NCBI GenBank assembly: GCA_037447605.1
Contig: CM074804.1
Location: 3,139,909 to 3,203,908, forward strand
DNA length: 64,000 bases
Direction: 5' to 3'
DNA from: Zygnema circumcarinatum SAG 698-1b
Taxonomy: Eukaryota; Plantae; Zygnematophyceae
A program made the translations under genes and the position numbers. How positions within the stretch are numbered: position 1 is the first letter of the stretch; every line of letters begins with the position of its first letter. The notes under the pieces are model-generated. The model saw only the letters and a list, made by a program, of their open reading frames with translations. It was not told the DNA's origin and did no database searches. Shown here piece by piece: positions 37,381-49,286 of the stretch.

Positions 37381-38156
37381 CGCGCGACGTCAACGAGGGG
37401 CCGCATTGGGGAGCGAACCTGCGCCTCCGATGAGACATGGCATTGAGGAATATTCGCCGTTGGATCGGAGCCCATACGTTCAACACTCTGTTCTGCGCCG
37501 TTGGATGGTGCGCGTGGGAAGGCGCACATCCAACGCTGGACCGTGCACGAGCCATGGCGCGCTTGCTCTCCTGACTACCGAGGTGTGCGCGTGCCATGTT
37601 TCGGGCACAGGCCTGTGCGCCACCCCCCCCCGCCTTCGGGCTCGCTAGTACATTGCTTTTCACACCCAAGCTCAAAAACTCTTCGGTTGAGGGGTGACTT
37701 GGGAACATCAGCAAACCTGAAAACTTTGGCAATTAGAGTTGAAAGATTATACAGGGGGCAAGACAGCGATGGAAGGAGCATCCAACAAAGAAGGCCATAC
37801 AGTCGCCACGCTCAATCAATAATGTTGTGATGATGATGTTTATTTTAGCCCGATAAAAAGAATACGTGAACGACGGGCGGATCATTGTCAGCAACAGGAG
37901 GTCGGACATATCTTATACTTATTTAAACCGCTGCCATATGCTCTCCTATTTCTATAAAGCGAATCGATGTCCACCACTACGCCTTATTACTATTCGTCCA
38001 TGAGCTCCTGAAACATGTACTTCAGAAACTCATCTTTATAGAACAACAGCAGAGCCACTTGTTAATCGATCACACAAACTTCCTTCAGAATTTCTCCACT
38101 CTCTGCAGGGTACGATCGAAACGAAACCTGCGACAGAAAGCGTCCACGTCCCCACG

Positions 38157-40558
38157 CTAGTCCATCTTGGCGCTGGCCTGCAGCTGGCCATTGCGGATCT
38201 GCTCCGCAATGTCGGCAATATGGCCGGGCCCATGCGGGATAAAAACCGTGTTGGATTTTCCATGGGCTCCAATTTCCTGCACAACTCCCGTTGCCAGTTA
38301 GCCCTGCTTGCGCAACAACTGTTCGAAACGTGCCTCAACCCTGACAGACGACACTCCTGAATGCACGCCCCGGAGCTGTCTGCACATGCCCCCCGCCACT
38401 CCTCACCTTCATGGTGTCGAAGTACTGCGTTACGAGCACCATGTCCAACACATCCTTTGGCGAAGTTCCAGCCACATTGTGCGAGAATGCAATCACGCTC
38501 TCACGAAGACCATCCACAATAGCCTGCACAACCCAGCACCTCATCAGAACCAGAAGAGCATTATCCTAGGAGCAACGCGGCAAGCATATGTTTCTGCAAT
38601 CCAGCTCCACCACAATCTTAGCTCCTAAAAAATGACAAGAAACAGACATCAGAAAAACTAAAAGCACTCCAGCTCCTTCTATGACGCATTCGTCAGGTTC
38701 AGGCCTTCAGGGTGTTATCTCCTCGCACCTGACGCTGCCGTGCAACTCCAACTCCGGACAAATACTTCGACTCAGCCTCTGCCTCTGCCCTCTTCACCAT
38801 AAGAATCTTCTCTGACTCGGCCTTCTCGACAGCTGCCATGCGCATGCGTTGTGCTGCAGGGTTCCCGCGCGCCAATGCCAACTCAAAGTTAAAAGGAGGT
38901 CAACGGTCAACCATCACACTCCACACTTCACTTCACTCTAATACAGCGCATCCTCTTTTTACAGTACATTTCAGCAGCCCCACTTTCAGTGAGTCACGAT
39001 GGAAACTTATGTCATTTTTTTGAAGACAGCAGTGTAACCAAATCACTATCGTCAAAAAAATGAGGCAAATGGAAAATGTCAGATGAACCTTTCATGCTTA
39101 ACAACCCAGTAAGTCGAACTGGCTGAAGGCCTCAAAGTTACATTACGGGTTGCCGGCAGAGAAATATGCAACAGTGAAGGCTGCAGGCCTCAAAGTTAAA
39201 TTACGGGTTGCCGGCAGAGATATATGCAACAGTGAAGGTTTTCCTGGGCAACAGGACATCATGCTTCTCTGTTGGAAGGACCTTCAAGACGCACCTGCAT
39301 TGATCTCATTCATAGCAACCCGCACAGTGTGGTCCGGTTCAATATCGACAATCAAAGTCTGTTGGATTCCGTAGCCATAAGTCGTCATCACCTGCAGCCC
39401 ATGCATCCCATCGCTCCCTTCATTAAGGAAGCACTCTCATCCTCAACACATCCTTCTCAATTTGCAGAAACGATACCCATTTACTCGATAAGGTACTAAC
39501 TTCAAAATACATCCAGAACAAACTACAAAGTTCGTTATTTTGTTCTCACCTTTTCAAGCTCCGTGGCAACGTTCTGTGCAATGTGATCTTTCTGCTCAAA
39601 CACGTCATCCAGAAGTAATCGAGGCACACTGGCTCGTACCACTGCATCCCGCACAAAATGAATTTCAGAGCTCAATAACTGTGGCGGTTTCTGCATATAT
39701 TTTAACGTGAGAAAACCGGAAACCGGATTGCTATGCCACAAAAATTCTGCATTGGCGTTCTGAAATAGTGTGGAAGTTGAGCGCGGCATAAAATGAGCAG
39801 CAGAGACATAGTTCTAACAAGTGTAAACATCTTCGCAACATTTTCTCGGCTTCGACTATGCCATAGTAGCTCAAAGGGGGCCCTCACCGTCAAATACATA
39901 TGCTTGAATCTGCTGGGTAGGGTTCTGCAGTTGGTAAAATGCGTTGAAAGTATTCTCCTCTACCACTTTGTACTGTACTGAGCACACGATCTTGACAAAA
40001 ACGTTGTCCTGCAAATTAATAAGCACCGTTAGACCTCAGTGCTCCTCTTATCGTCCATGCCTTGCAAGGGAACATGTGTAGCTTCACAAAAAAATTCAAA
40101 CACAGACGGGCAGGGAAGAATTGAAGGAGGGAGGGAGACGAATGAAAAGGAGGAAAGGAAGGTGCGAGTTGGGAAAGGGAAAGAAGATGACCAGGAAGAG
40201 GATACAAAGGAAGGACGCAGCAGAGGAGCGAGAGGGAGAGATAGAGGGACGAGAGCGAGTGGAATGAAGGAAAGGTAAACTTGCAGATGAATAAAAGCAC
40301 GGAGAGGGACACACAAACAGAGAGAGAGAAAGAGCAAGTCATTCTTCGATGAAGAAAAGCGGCAAAATGACTGACCTTGGTCTTGGTGTCGACGACGACG
40401 TCTAGCTGCTGGACGCGCAAGCTGAGGACACCTGCCAGGCACTCGCCGCAGAACGGGTTGAAGCAGTTAAACCCTGGATGCGCCAGTCTCGAATACTTCC
40501 CGCACCGCTCCACAACACCAACATTGGACGTCGGGATGCACGACATCACTCCCCCCAT
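38157..40558 (-). CDS. HIR: Hypersensitive-induced-reaction (HIR) SPFH/band-7 protein (7 exons)
   Basis: [33 protein letters not shown]|DNVFV..|[21 protein letters not shown]..|..IVDIEPD..AMNEINA|[25 protein letters not shown]|[21 protein letters not shown]|[32 protein letters not shown]. Confidence 0.96.
39121..39238. repeat. Intronic tandem duplication, 2 x 58 bp
   Basis: GGCTG(A/C)AGGCCTCAAAGTTA(C/A)ATTACGGGTTGCCGGCAGAGA(A/T)ATATGCAACAGTGAA occurs twice. Confidence 0.93.
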
Positions 40559-41379
40559 GGCTGCCGCTTTTGCACAACCGTCTAACGGAGACGAAGGAGA
40601 CGAAGCGTACGGTGACGAGCGCGGAGAGAAGGGATGAGGAAGCCGGCACGGCGAGCGGCGAGGCGGGCAGGCAGGCAGGCAGGGAGGCAGGGAGGCAGGA
40701 GAGCAGGCGGGCAGGCAGGCGGGGAGGGGCAGGCGGGGAGAGGGCCGGTTTGTTGGGCGGGGCGGGGACCTTCCCCCGCTCGGCCTCGCTGGCTGCCGCG
40801 TTAACCGTACGGACGGCCACTCCTGCGTACGGCGAGGCGGGGAACGCGCACTCCCGTTCAGTCATCGGCAAATAAGGAATTCCCTGAAATCTCGTATTTT
40901 ACTTATTTTTGGGACCATTTTGAGTTTCATTTTCGGGATTTGAGGGACTTTTTTCTTTTTGTACTTTTTTATATCTTTTCGTACCTTTTGTGTATTTTTG
41001 TACCTTCTTTTAAGGTACTTTGACTGTACTTTTGGACGACGTTTTTGTCTTGAAGCAGCATTCGAAGCCACGGTTTTTCTTACATTGCGGATATGCCTAA
41101 CGACGCTTGAAGCATGAGAGTTCGCCTCCTTGTTCACCCCATGCTGTCACTTATAATACAATGAATAAATTCAATTCTTTTGGAGAGCTGAATCGATTCA
41201 GATGGAAACTTAAACACAAAGTGCAGGTTTCCTTGTGGTTTCCATAGTCACAAGCAAAGACTCACTGGTCCAAGTACTAAAGAATTGAAAATGCAACTCT
41301 CTTTTCTCCAAAGCCCTCACCCAAACCCCTGTGCTGCCCTCCCTACATCTTCGCCAAAACGACCAACTGTTTTCAATAT

Positions 41380-41900
41380 TCATGAATCCCCCCTCTGCCG
41401 AGTTCCTTTCCTTCGACCTCCACCTCCGCTACTACCTCTGGCAGTACTACCTCGAGTAATCACCTCGACCACCGATTTGTCGATAGTGAAATACAAAGAT
41501 GCGCTGGCTTCAAAATGAGCTCCCAAAGTATTGGTGGAAGACACATTCATAAAAAACGAGTCTCGTTGTGACGAGGACAGAATCTGGTTGTATTCAGTCC
41601 CCTTGAAGGGCGACAAAGGTTGTGGCATTGACCTCACGATGGCGATGATGCCATCAAATGTGCATGGACCTTCAAGGGATGCTGGTCATTAAGATGCTGC
41701 ATATAGTTGTCTGTTCGAAAACAGTCGGAGTATTTTGGGCGATCTGTAGACTTCCTCTTGGCGCCAACCTTATCTTCTCGCACAAACACGAGGCAGAAAC
41801 GACACACACACACAAGCAGCCGCAAGGCCTGGTAGGGAGTCCGAGCAGTGAGTGGCCTTGAGACCAAACGTGTGGCCGTGGCCGCTTGGAACTTCAGCAC
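41380..41900 (-). pseudogene. Degenerate N-terminal fragment of a hAT-type transposase (BED-like Zn finger), interrupted by a 68-bp insertion and a microsatellite frameshift
   Basis: HTFGLKA..(frameshift in a GT run)..VCRFCLVFVREDKVGAKRKSTDRPKYSDCFRTDNYMQHLNDQHPLK | GTEYNQILSSSQRDSFF..NTLGAHFEASASLYFTIDKSVVEVI. This resembles from memory a hAT-like transposase family seen in oomycetes and bryophytes. No DDE domain is present. Confidence 0.65.
41602..41669 (-). mobile_element. Dispersed repeat copy 2: a 5'-truncated insertion with duplicated flanks, forming GT..AG ends
   Basis: The core 41624-41667 matches the repeat family. The minus-strand flanks are CCCTTGAAGG and CCCTTCAAGG. Confidence 0.75.
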
Positions 41901-42642
41901 CTCTTGTCCTCCGTCCTTGCCAGCATTTCAGGCTTCAAAACTGCAGCCAGAGAAGCAAGCAGGCAGGGAGCAAGCAGGCAGGCCAACGGGCGGGCAGGCA
42001 GACAATATTTCGTTTCATCCGTACGTCTGGCACGCCTCATGGAGGTTTTTTTTTTTTTCCCCTCCATATTGAAAAGCGGCTCGGGACTCTTTGAGTTTTA
42101 TTTTCGGTATTTACGGGACTTCTTCAAAAAAATCCCGTATTTGTCGGTGCCTGGCCGGGGGGCCTTCGCGTCCGGGCAGGTCACTCAAAAAGTGGGGTTG
42201 ACCCGCGCTGTCGGCTTGTCGGCGCCTAGCGCCTAGCGCCAGGCGGGGCGCCGCGGCGGGCGGGCGGGCGGGCGGGCGACGCGGCTGCGCGTGCGCCTCG
42301 CGCTTCTCCCGTCGCTCGCGGTCGCGGTCGCGGTCGCGGAGGGGCGAGGGCGCGCCCGCCGCCCGCCGGCCGGGAGGCGAGGCGAGAGGGGTCGCCGTTG
42401 GCCGAGTGCAGCCGCGGCACTCCGTACTGCTGCTCCGTACAGCGGCTGGAGCGAGCGAGTCGACGAAAACTCGACCTTTGGCTGCGTCAGAACCAACTCC
42501 AAATGGTGAACAGAACACTAGTCTACAACTGAAGTATGAATCGGTCCTGCTTTTGAAACGTTTTTTTGTCTTAAATAAAAATCTGACAAGGCCTGACGTC
42601 GTCAGTAAGTGTTATAAAAGCGACGAAAAGGAGGAAATTTTA

Positions 42643-42772
42643 GGCATTGATCTTTCGACGGCGATGCCATCAAATGCACGTGTAAAAACGCGAAGGAGAA
42701 AGAACCACAGGGAACTGGTCACAATGGATCTAAGGATACAAGAAAAAAGCTACGGAGGTGCGGAAGGCCGCC
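42643..42772 (-). mobile_element. Dispersed repeat copy 3
   Basis: GGCATTGATCTTTCGACGGCGATGCCATCAAATGCACGTG..GAACCACAGGGAACTGGTCACAATGGATCTAAG..AAGAAAAAAGCTACGGAG aligns with the reverse complement of 60076-60203. Confidence 0.75.
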
Positions 42773-42857
42773 GGGACGGTCGCCAACCGGTTTATAATTC
42801 ACCAATTTATAATAAAGTAATACCAGGGACCGGGGGAGGGAAGTGAAGTGGCAATTT

Positions 42858-42965
42858 GGCATTGACCTCACAATGGGGACACCATCAAATGAACATGAAC
42901 TAAGACAATATGTCGAACCAAAGTGAACCGGTCACAAATGACCTATTAACGGAAGAAAGGCTACA
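42858..42965 (-). mobile_element. Dispersed repeat copy 4 (tandem with copy 3)
   Basis: GGCATTGACCTCACAATGGGGACACCATCAAATGAACATG..GAACCAAAGTGAACCGGTCACAAATGACCTA.. Confidence 0.75.
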
Positions 42966-43147
42966 AACAGAAACTTGCTCCTACGCCTAGCAACACCGCT
43001 CTAAAAGCTGCCACGAAAGTGGGGAAGTCGTACAAATGGGACACACAAACTACTTCACTTTTGTGCCGGACGTCAGCTGCTTATCGATGTACATTATGCT
43101 GAATGGTTGACACTGTACAACAACTGTGGGAGGAAGGAACAAGCTTT

Positions 43148-46100
43148 CTACGGTATACTTGGTGAGCTATTTCCCCGTAGAAAGGAATCGATAGTGAGAA
43201 GCTTGGAACGCTTCCGGTGGCTGGACTCAGCCACTCCTCGTCCCCTCTTGTCTCTTTGCTGTGTCGGGTGACTCCTGCAGAGAGACCTACAAGAAAGTCA
43301 GAGATTACATTCAGAAATCTCATCAACCGAGCTCCATGCTACTACATGTTCCAATCCTTGAACGTCGTACAAGAGAGTTGAGCTAACCTTCTCCAAGCGG
43401 CTCCATGTCCCTCTCCCTGCATGCCTGCATGCTGGGATCTGCTTTGAATATCCTCCTCCTCCTGCAGCATCTGAGCCAAATGGAAGTCCTCGTGCTCGAG
43501 CATGGCTGCCCCTTTACACCTCAAACCACACAGGCTACAGCAGAAGCACTCAGGGGCCACTCGTGTCCACTGTGCCTTGCCTGTGAAATTCTCTGCTTGC
43601 TCCCCTGTATTGCTGCTCAGCTGCCAATTGTTTCGAACAGGGAACAAGCCCTTTCCTTTTTCCCCTCGTGCTGGCCGCCTGACTAATGGAGCCTGGGCTT
43701 TCATATGAGTACCGGCCAAGGAGATGCCTTCCATTGAACTCTGTTTTTCCACTGATGCATCGCCATGTTCAGCGCACTCCCCACCGAGGGACCTTTCGGA
43801 GAAATGGACGGGGAGCTCATAAACTTCACTATTCTGCATAATTCGGCACGGCTCGTTTGCTTGCAGAGTGCCTCCAGTGTCCCCTTCCCTGTGGCAATTT
43901 GCAGTTCTATCCTGTCCTTCACAATCAGCGACTCTCGAGAACTGCTGCTCCGTAGAGGCCGTCTGAGAATGAGTGAGAGATGTAGCACCACAACATGCAC
44001 CATCCGTACGGACTACATGTGCGGGCAAGCTGCCTGTGAACGCCTTCTGATTTGCTGCAATTGCGTACGGTCTACTTTCAAGGAAGGAATCCGCCCACGG
44101 TTTCCTTACAACTAGACGCGTATCCGCGCATAAGTGTGTTTGGCGTTGAGCATCACTTTCTGTCCTCGTCTGCTCTGTAGTAAGGCCTGTTTCGTACTCA
44201 GAGGGTCGTCCTCTAGAAACATGTCCCCACTCAGCGAGCTTCAGATCATTTTCAGTATTCAGTTGCTTGCTGTAAGTTTCTGGTTCCTCGTGGCAGTGCT
44301 CGCCAATATTGGGGCGTGCAAAGAACTCATTGAGTGTCTTCTGCTGCGGATTTGCTGAAGCTGCTCCGTCATCCTTGAAGTTGGAGAGTCGAAGGCCTGC
44401 ATGCATGTAGCGGTCGTCATGCAAAAATCTGGTAGTTTTCCAATCCCAATCTCATTGCTAATCTAAAAGCTACCCCCCCAGGAAAAACTCAAACACGGAT
44501 ATCAGAAGAACGGCGGAGGGCAGTGGAGAAGAGAAGGGAGGATGTCCAACTCACCCATCAAACGAACAGAGATAGGGAGCTCTGCTTGGAGCAGCCGCAA
44601 AGCTGCAGGCAGGATTTCCTCCCGAGAAGCAATGAATTTGGGTAGTGAAGCTGCTCGTGTTCGCACCTGAGCACAAACAGAATTCATACTGTCAAACAGC
44701 AACATCTGAATCCGTGCCCGGTGCATGAAGACTGTTGACTGTTGCTTCCTGGCCTGTGCCGCTAGAGGTTGCGCTGAACTCACCTCAAAGTCCGTAGATT
44801 TGAGCTTTAAGGTGAGAGTCCGCCCCATCAAGCCCTCATCGGCCATGTCTTTTGCAAGGGAGTCTGCAAGCTCCTCTGAACGCCTCAAAGCCCACTTTGT
44901 ACTCAACACCATGAATACAAATGGGGCTAAAATTCAGGACCACAGAGACAAAATAATGTTACATCTCACAACAAGCTTTCTTGTTGCAAGACAAAACGTG
45001 ACGCTAAAAAATAGAGAACCAACAGCTGCTTGTCGTGGTTTTGCAATCGAATATAGCTTGATGACAGAATGCAAGCTTGCGTGAAGCGAAGAAACCTCGT
45101 CTATTGGGGGCATAGCCTTCACAAGCCCTCTCCAAGCAAAGCACCATTGCAAACACTACGCAGACGTCTGCTGAGCAGTCACACAGAATCCTGCGTTGAA
45201 CCAACACGCTACAGTACTCACCAAGTTTCCGAACGAGGTCTGCTGGCAGAGAAAGTGCAGAGAAGGTGCGTTCGCAGCTCAGGCTCTTTCGACCCTCCAC
45301 GTCGGGCTCGTCTGAACCTCCGATACCCAATCCAGCGGCCATGAAGAAATCTGTGTCATTCAAGCCATGCTTAAGTTAGAGCTGCAGAATCAAAGCAGTC
45401 ATACATTTCGTGAAATCAGGCAACGAAACCACATCACCTCAGAGTATCTTTAAGCGCAAATGCAAAAGGACTACACAAATACAATATTATTCTCCTAGAA
45501 CTATCCGCCATTCTAAGTGCAGATGATCGTAATTCAGCTCTGTTCCATCCTCTTCCTTAGCTTCCTTGCTGTGCCTCGGACTCTGGTGGCTGACCTTGCC
45601 TGAGGAAATCTTGGAGAAGACTGCACAAAGTAGCGCTCGCTTCTCCAGCAGCTGTCCACACGTTCCCACTCCAACTCCTTCTCTAAGCAGCTTCTCATTC
45701 ACTCTTCCGATGCCCCCGACCTGGTCTTTCCAGTCACCCTCAGTACAATAAGTCCACCTTTGGAAGGGTCAACCTGCGAACACACTGTTGCTGGTAGACA
45801 CGGCTAAGCACAACCAGCAATAGAGCAACCACGAATCTAATATGCATCTGAGACACAATGCAGGTGGAGGAACGGAAGGTTGGAGGAGAGAATATGGCAA
45901 TGAAAAGCAAGGAAGGCAAGGAAGGAAACGAAGACAAGGAAAGCTATCGTGGGTGAAAAAATGGCTCGTTAACATTGGCAAAAGACTTACCTTGCGTATG
46001 GGGAGAGAGCTGACAAAGGCCATGATAGCATCCCGATTCATGGGAAGTGCATACTGGCCATCAGGTTTATTGATGTCAGAGCACACCTGTACCGCCGTCC

Positions 46101-49100
46101 AGTGCAGAGAAAACCAGCCTTTGGCCTCGATGATACATGATATGTATTGCGCTGAAGGTTCATGCAAAAGATTGTGTCGAACAGGCATGAAGATCAAGAA
46201 CTACTAATTGGTACACCTCAACGTATCATAACTCTGTATGATAGTAGAACACATCCTGCGATGAAGGTCGATCTTGAGAGGGCAAGAGGATGCTCTGTCC
46301 TACGCTAGTGGGCTCCAGCAGTCGACACAACTCGCGAAAGAAAAAGGCACTGAAACATCATATCTTCTTTTCTCCACTTGCACATTTCGAACCTAACCTT
46401 TTAAGAGAAACTCGAGGATGATCTCACCTTAGCCAGGAAGCGATTAGCAGCAATACCCGCACTGCATGTCAGCTTTGTCACTTCTCGAACTTTCCTGCGG
46501 ATCTCCACTGCAACCTGCCGCCCAAGATTGGCCAGAACTGTTACAGCGTTTCCTGAGGCCAAAGCCTGTGGCTCTGGCAATGGTCCTTTAACAATCGAAG
46601 TAACAAGTCAGCCAATCAGTTAGTGTACAGTCATACTATTTGGGATAAGTTTCTAAAGATGAACAAAAGCTGAGATACACGCAAAGTGAGGCCCGATACT
46701 TCTCAGTCAGCTGTCAGTTCCCAATCTGAAACTGTCCAATCTTGATGGTAGTCGCAAAAATGATTCCTTTCTTTCCTCCTTTTCAAACGATGCCCACTCC
46801 CAGTGGCAGGGAACGAAACCATGAGTACCAACATACGTCTGCAGGATTTACGTTGCGCTCGTGGCATACACGAGTAACATTCAAGTACGCCTCGTCCAGG
46901 CTGCATGCCAAGAAGTTGGGGTCGTACTGCCGAAACACTGCGAGTCATAAGGATGCAAAAAGTTCTTTCAGTGGCATTTAAATATCCAAGCCAGAATTTC
47001 CAAGAATAGGTAGTGCACGAAAGGAATCCTCACCCTGTCGAGTGAGGTCGCTATAATGTGTGTATTTCTTAAAATTCGGCTTTATGATCACCAGCTGCGG
47101 GCACAGTTTTCGAGCAATGAATCCAGGCATAGCCGCCCTCACTCCGTATTTACGAGCCTGCCGTGAAGCACAGAAGAACCCCGTCAAGGATGCCAGCATT
47201 TTGACCGTTGCAAATGTGCAGCGAACAGAATAAAGCTATTCCAGCAACAACAAAATGCACCTGAACATCTCTGCAAACAAGCAGAAGTTAGTTCATTTTA
47301 GTTTGGCTCAGTTAAGTTTATTTTAAAAGGATAAATCCTCTAGGGTGGCTGAAGAAGAGGAGTTGCAGTACAATGTACAATATTATGACAAAGGAGGAGA
47401 AAAAAAAAAAGACCAATTGCGAAATGACCTCATAGTTCGCAGTACACAGCATGCCTATGCTCCCCACTCCCATGGGCGTGGCCGCAAGAGAGGGTTTGTC
47501 CAATGTTTCGACTGCTGCGAAGAATGCGTCCATGTCCACATGAATCCAAATGTGTGACAGATCTCTTGACGCCTCCAATTCAGTCATGTGACGATCTGCC
47601 ACCTGCATCCTCATATAGACCAATTGATAGCAAACTATCACAACAGGCACGTGCAGTTGGTTTCTCATGCATGTTGCACGTTATGTGTTTGGAAAACACT
47701 TTGACGCTTAGCACCATGGGTAAATTAGGCATTGAAGCTCCTGCGAGCTTAGCATTGAAGGTTGGAAAAAGGATAAAGGTCCATAGGTTTGAGAGTTGAG
47801 CTATGACAATGACAACGAGACAAACACAAACATGTGCGTGTTTGAGCGGCGTGCGAACAGAACGTAGAGCTCTTTTGATGGCATGAGACCTCCCACTTAC
47901 AAACAAGCACACTCGTAACGAATTTAAAAATTTTGAGTTACATGGTTGCACAGGTCAAGGCTTCTAGTTCAAATTTACTTCAAACGCAATGGTTGGCAGA
48001 CACGGTTTTGCTCGCCTATACAGAAAAAGGTCCTTAATGCCATTCCCACCAGTGTACTCGCCACAAGCCTGTATGCGCTAATTTCGTCCAGTTGCTCCAC
48101 TGTACTTCTACATGATACAAGTTAGCAAGGTTTTTATCCTGTGCTATTTGACGGGTAAATCTTGAAGGACGACTGTATTCCACACATGTTCAAGGAAGTT
48201 ATTTTACAAAGCTAATGAATTTCTTCTCCCTGGAGCGAGAATAGCAGTGGAAACGTTTTTTCCACGACGAAGACTATGCTGGCACCCAAATTTGACATTC
48301 GCGCAAAAGCAAGCCCACACGAGAACTTGGTTTCAAATTCTGACAGCTGGAATACCGTTATCCATGGTTCATGATGACATCAAAAAGTGTTTGTTGTGGC
48401 CTTTATCACTTGTACAACTTTCCAAGTTCTCCTTCATGAATCCGCACCTTTTGATATGCAGACAACTGCTCCGTTGTAAACTGAGCCACCTGTACCTTCA
48501 AGCGCTGCAATTTCTCCTGCAAGAGGGCGTCCTTGCGCTGTTCATTGGCAAAAAACGCAGACCCTTTGCTCATCTCATACACCACCTTCTTAACTTTCTC
48601 CTTGTCCACACCTTCCATTCCTGAACTCCAATCCCAGCATAAACGTTGTCTCTTATCTACGGAAATGAAGCAGCTTCATTCATTCAAGGAGCAATTTAAC
48701 AAGCAAGTCTCCTTCTTGCTTTTGCTGCTAGATATGGATGCGCAGTCTAAACTTCTGAAAGGTGACCTTTCTGAGTTAACTACAGCATGAAGCCACGAAG
48801 TTACTGAAAAGGGAAGGAAGAATGAGATTATCGCTTTAATAGGATGCAAAATATGTACTGAAGAGTACAGCGGAATTTTCTTGCATGTCACCGTTGAGCT
48901 CGCAACAAATTCCAGCCCTGGAGGGAAAGGAGACATTCTAGTTGTTCCAAGCATTCCCTCGCTCCCTCCTTCTCTTTACAGCCGCGCATGTTTAAGATCA
49001 AGACCTACTTCGTCATTCCTCCGACAATGATTAATTTCTTATAAAAAGTTAAACGGAATATTCGCCAAAAAAAGGGAAACAAATCTTCAAAGCTGTGGCT

Positions 49101-49286
49101 CCGCTTACACATTGCTCGTTACATTGCACGCGCTCTGTCTACCCCCCTGCCCCTGTGCTGTCAACTGACAGACATACCGGCCTTTGCGTTGGTAAAAACC
49201 GTTTCATAGCTGCTCCAGCCAGCCAGTTTTTGCGATTCAGCGCTTTCCTCGCCACTAGTGTGGCAGGGTGGCAGCGGCGCCTCCAT
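43148..49286 (-). CDS. POLK: DNA polymerase kappa (Y-family, ~14 exons)
   Basis: ATG 49286 ..SSYETVFTNAKA|GMEGVDKEKVKKVVYEMSKGS; HVDMDAFFAAVE; MLCTANYE|ARKYGVRAAMPGFIARKLCP; SLDEAYL; TCSAGIA; VCSDINKPDGQ; VGGIGRV; RKSLSCERTF; GRTLTLKLK; UBZ-like CSLCG..EHEDFHLA. A predicted last exon 43148-43286 ends RKRSKLLTIDSFL..*. Confidence 0.95.

Noticed and set aside
42900-42925. GGTTCGA in the reverse complement of repeat copy 4 as a tRNA B-box
   Set aside because: It lacks the downstream NNCC, is not conserved in the other copies, and has no A-box or cloverleaf.
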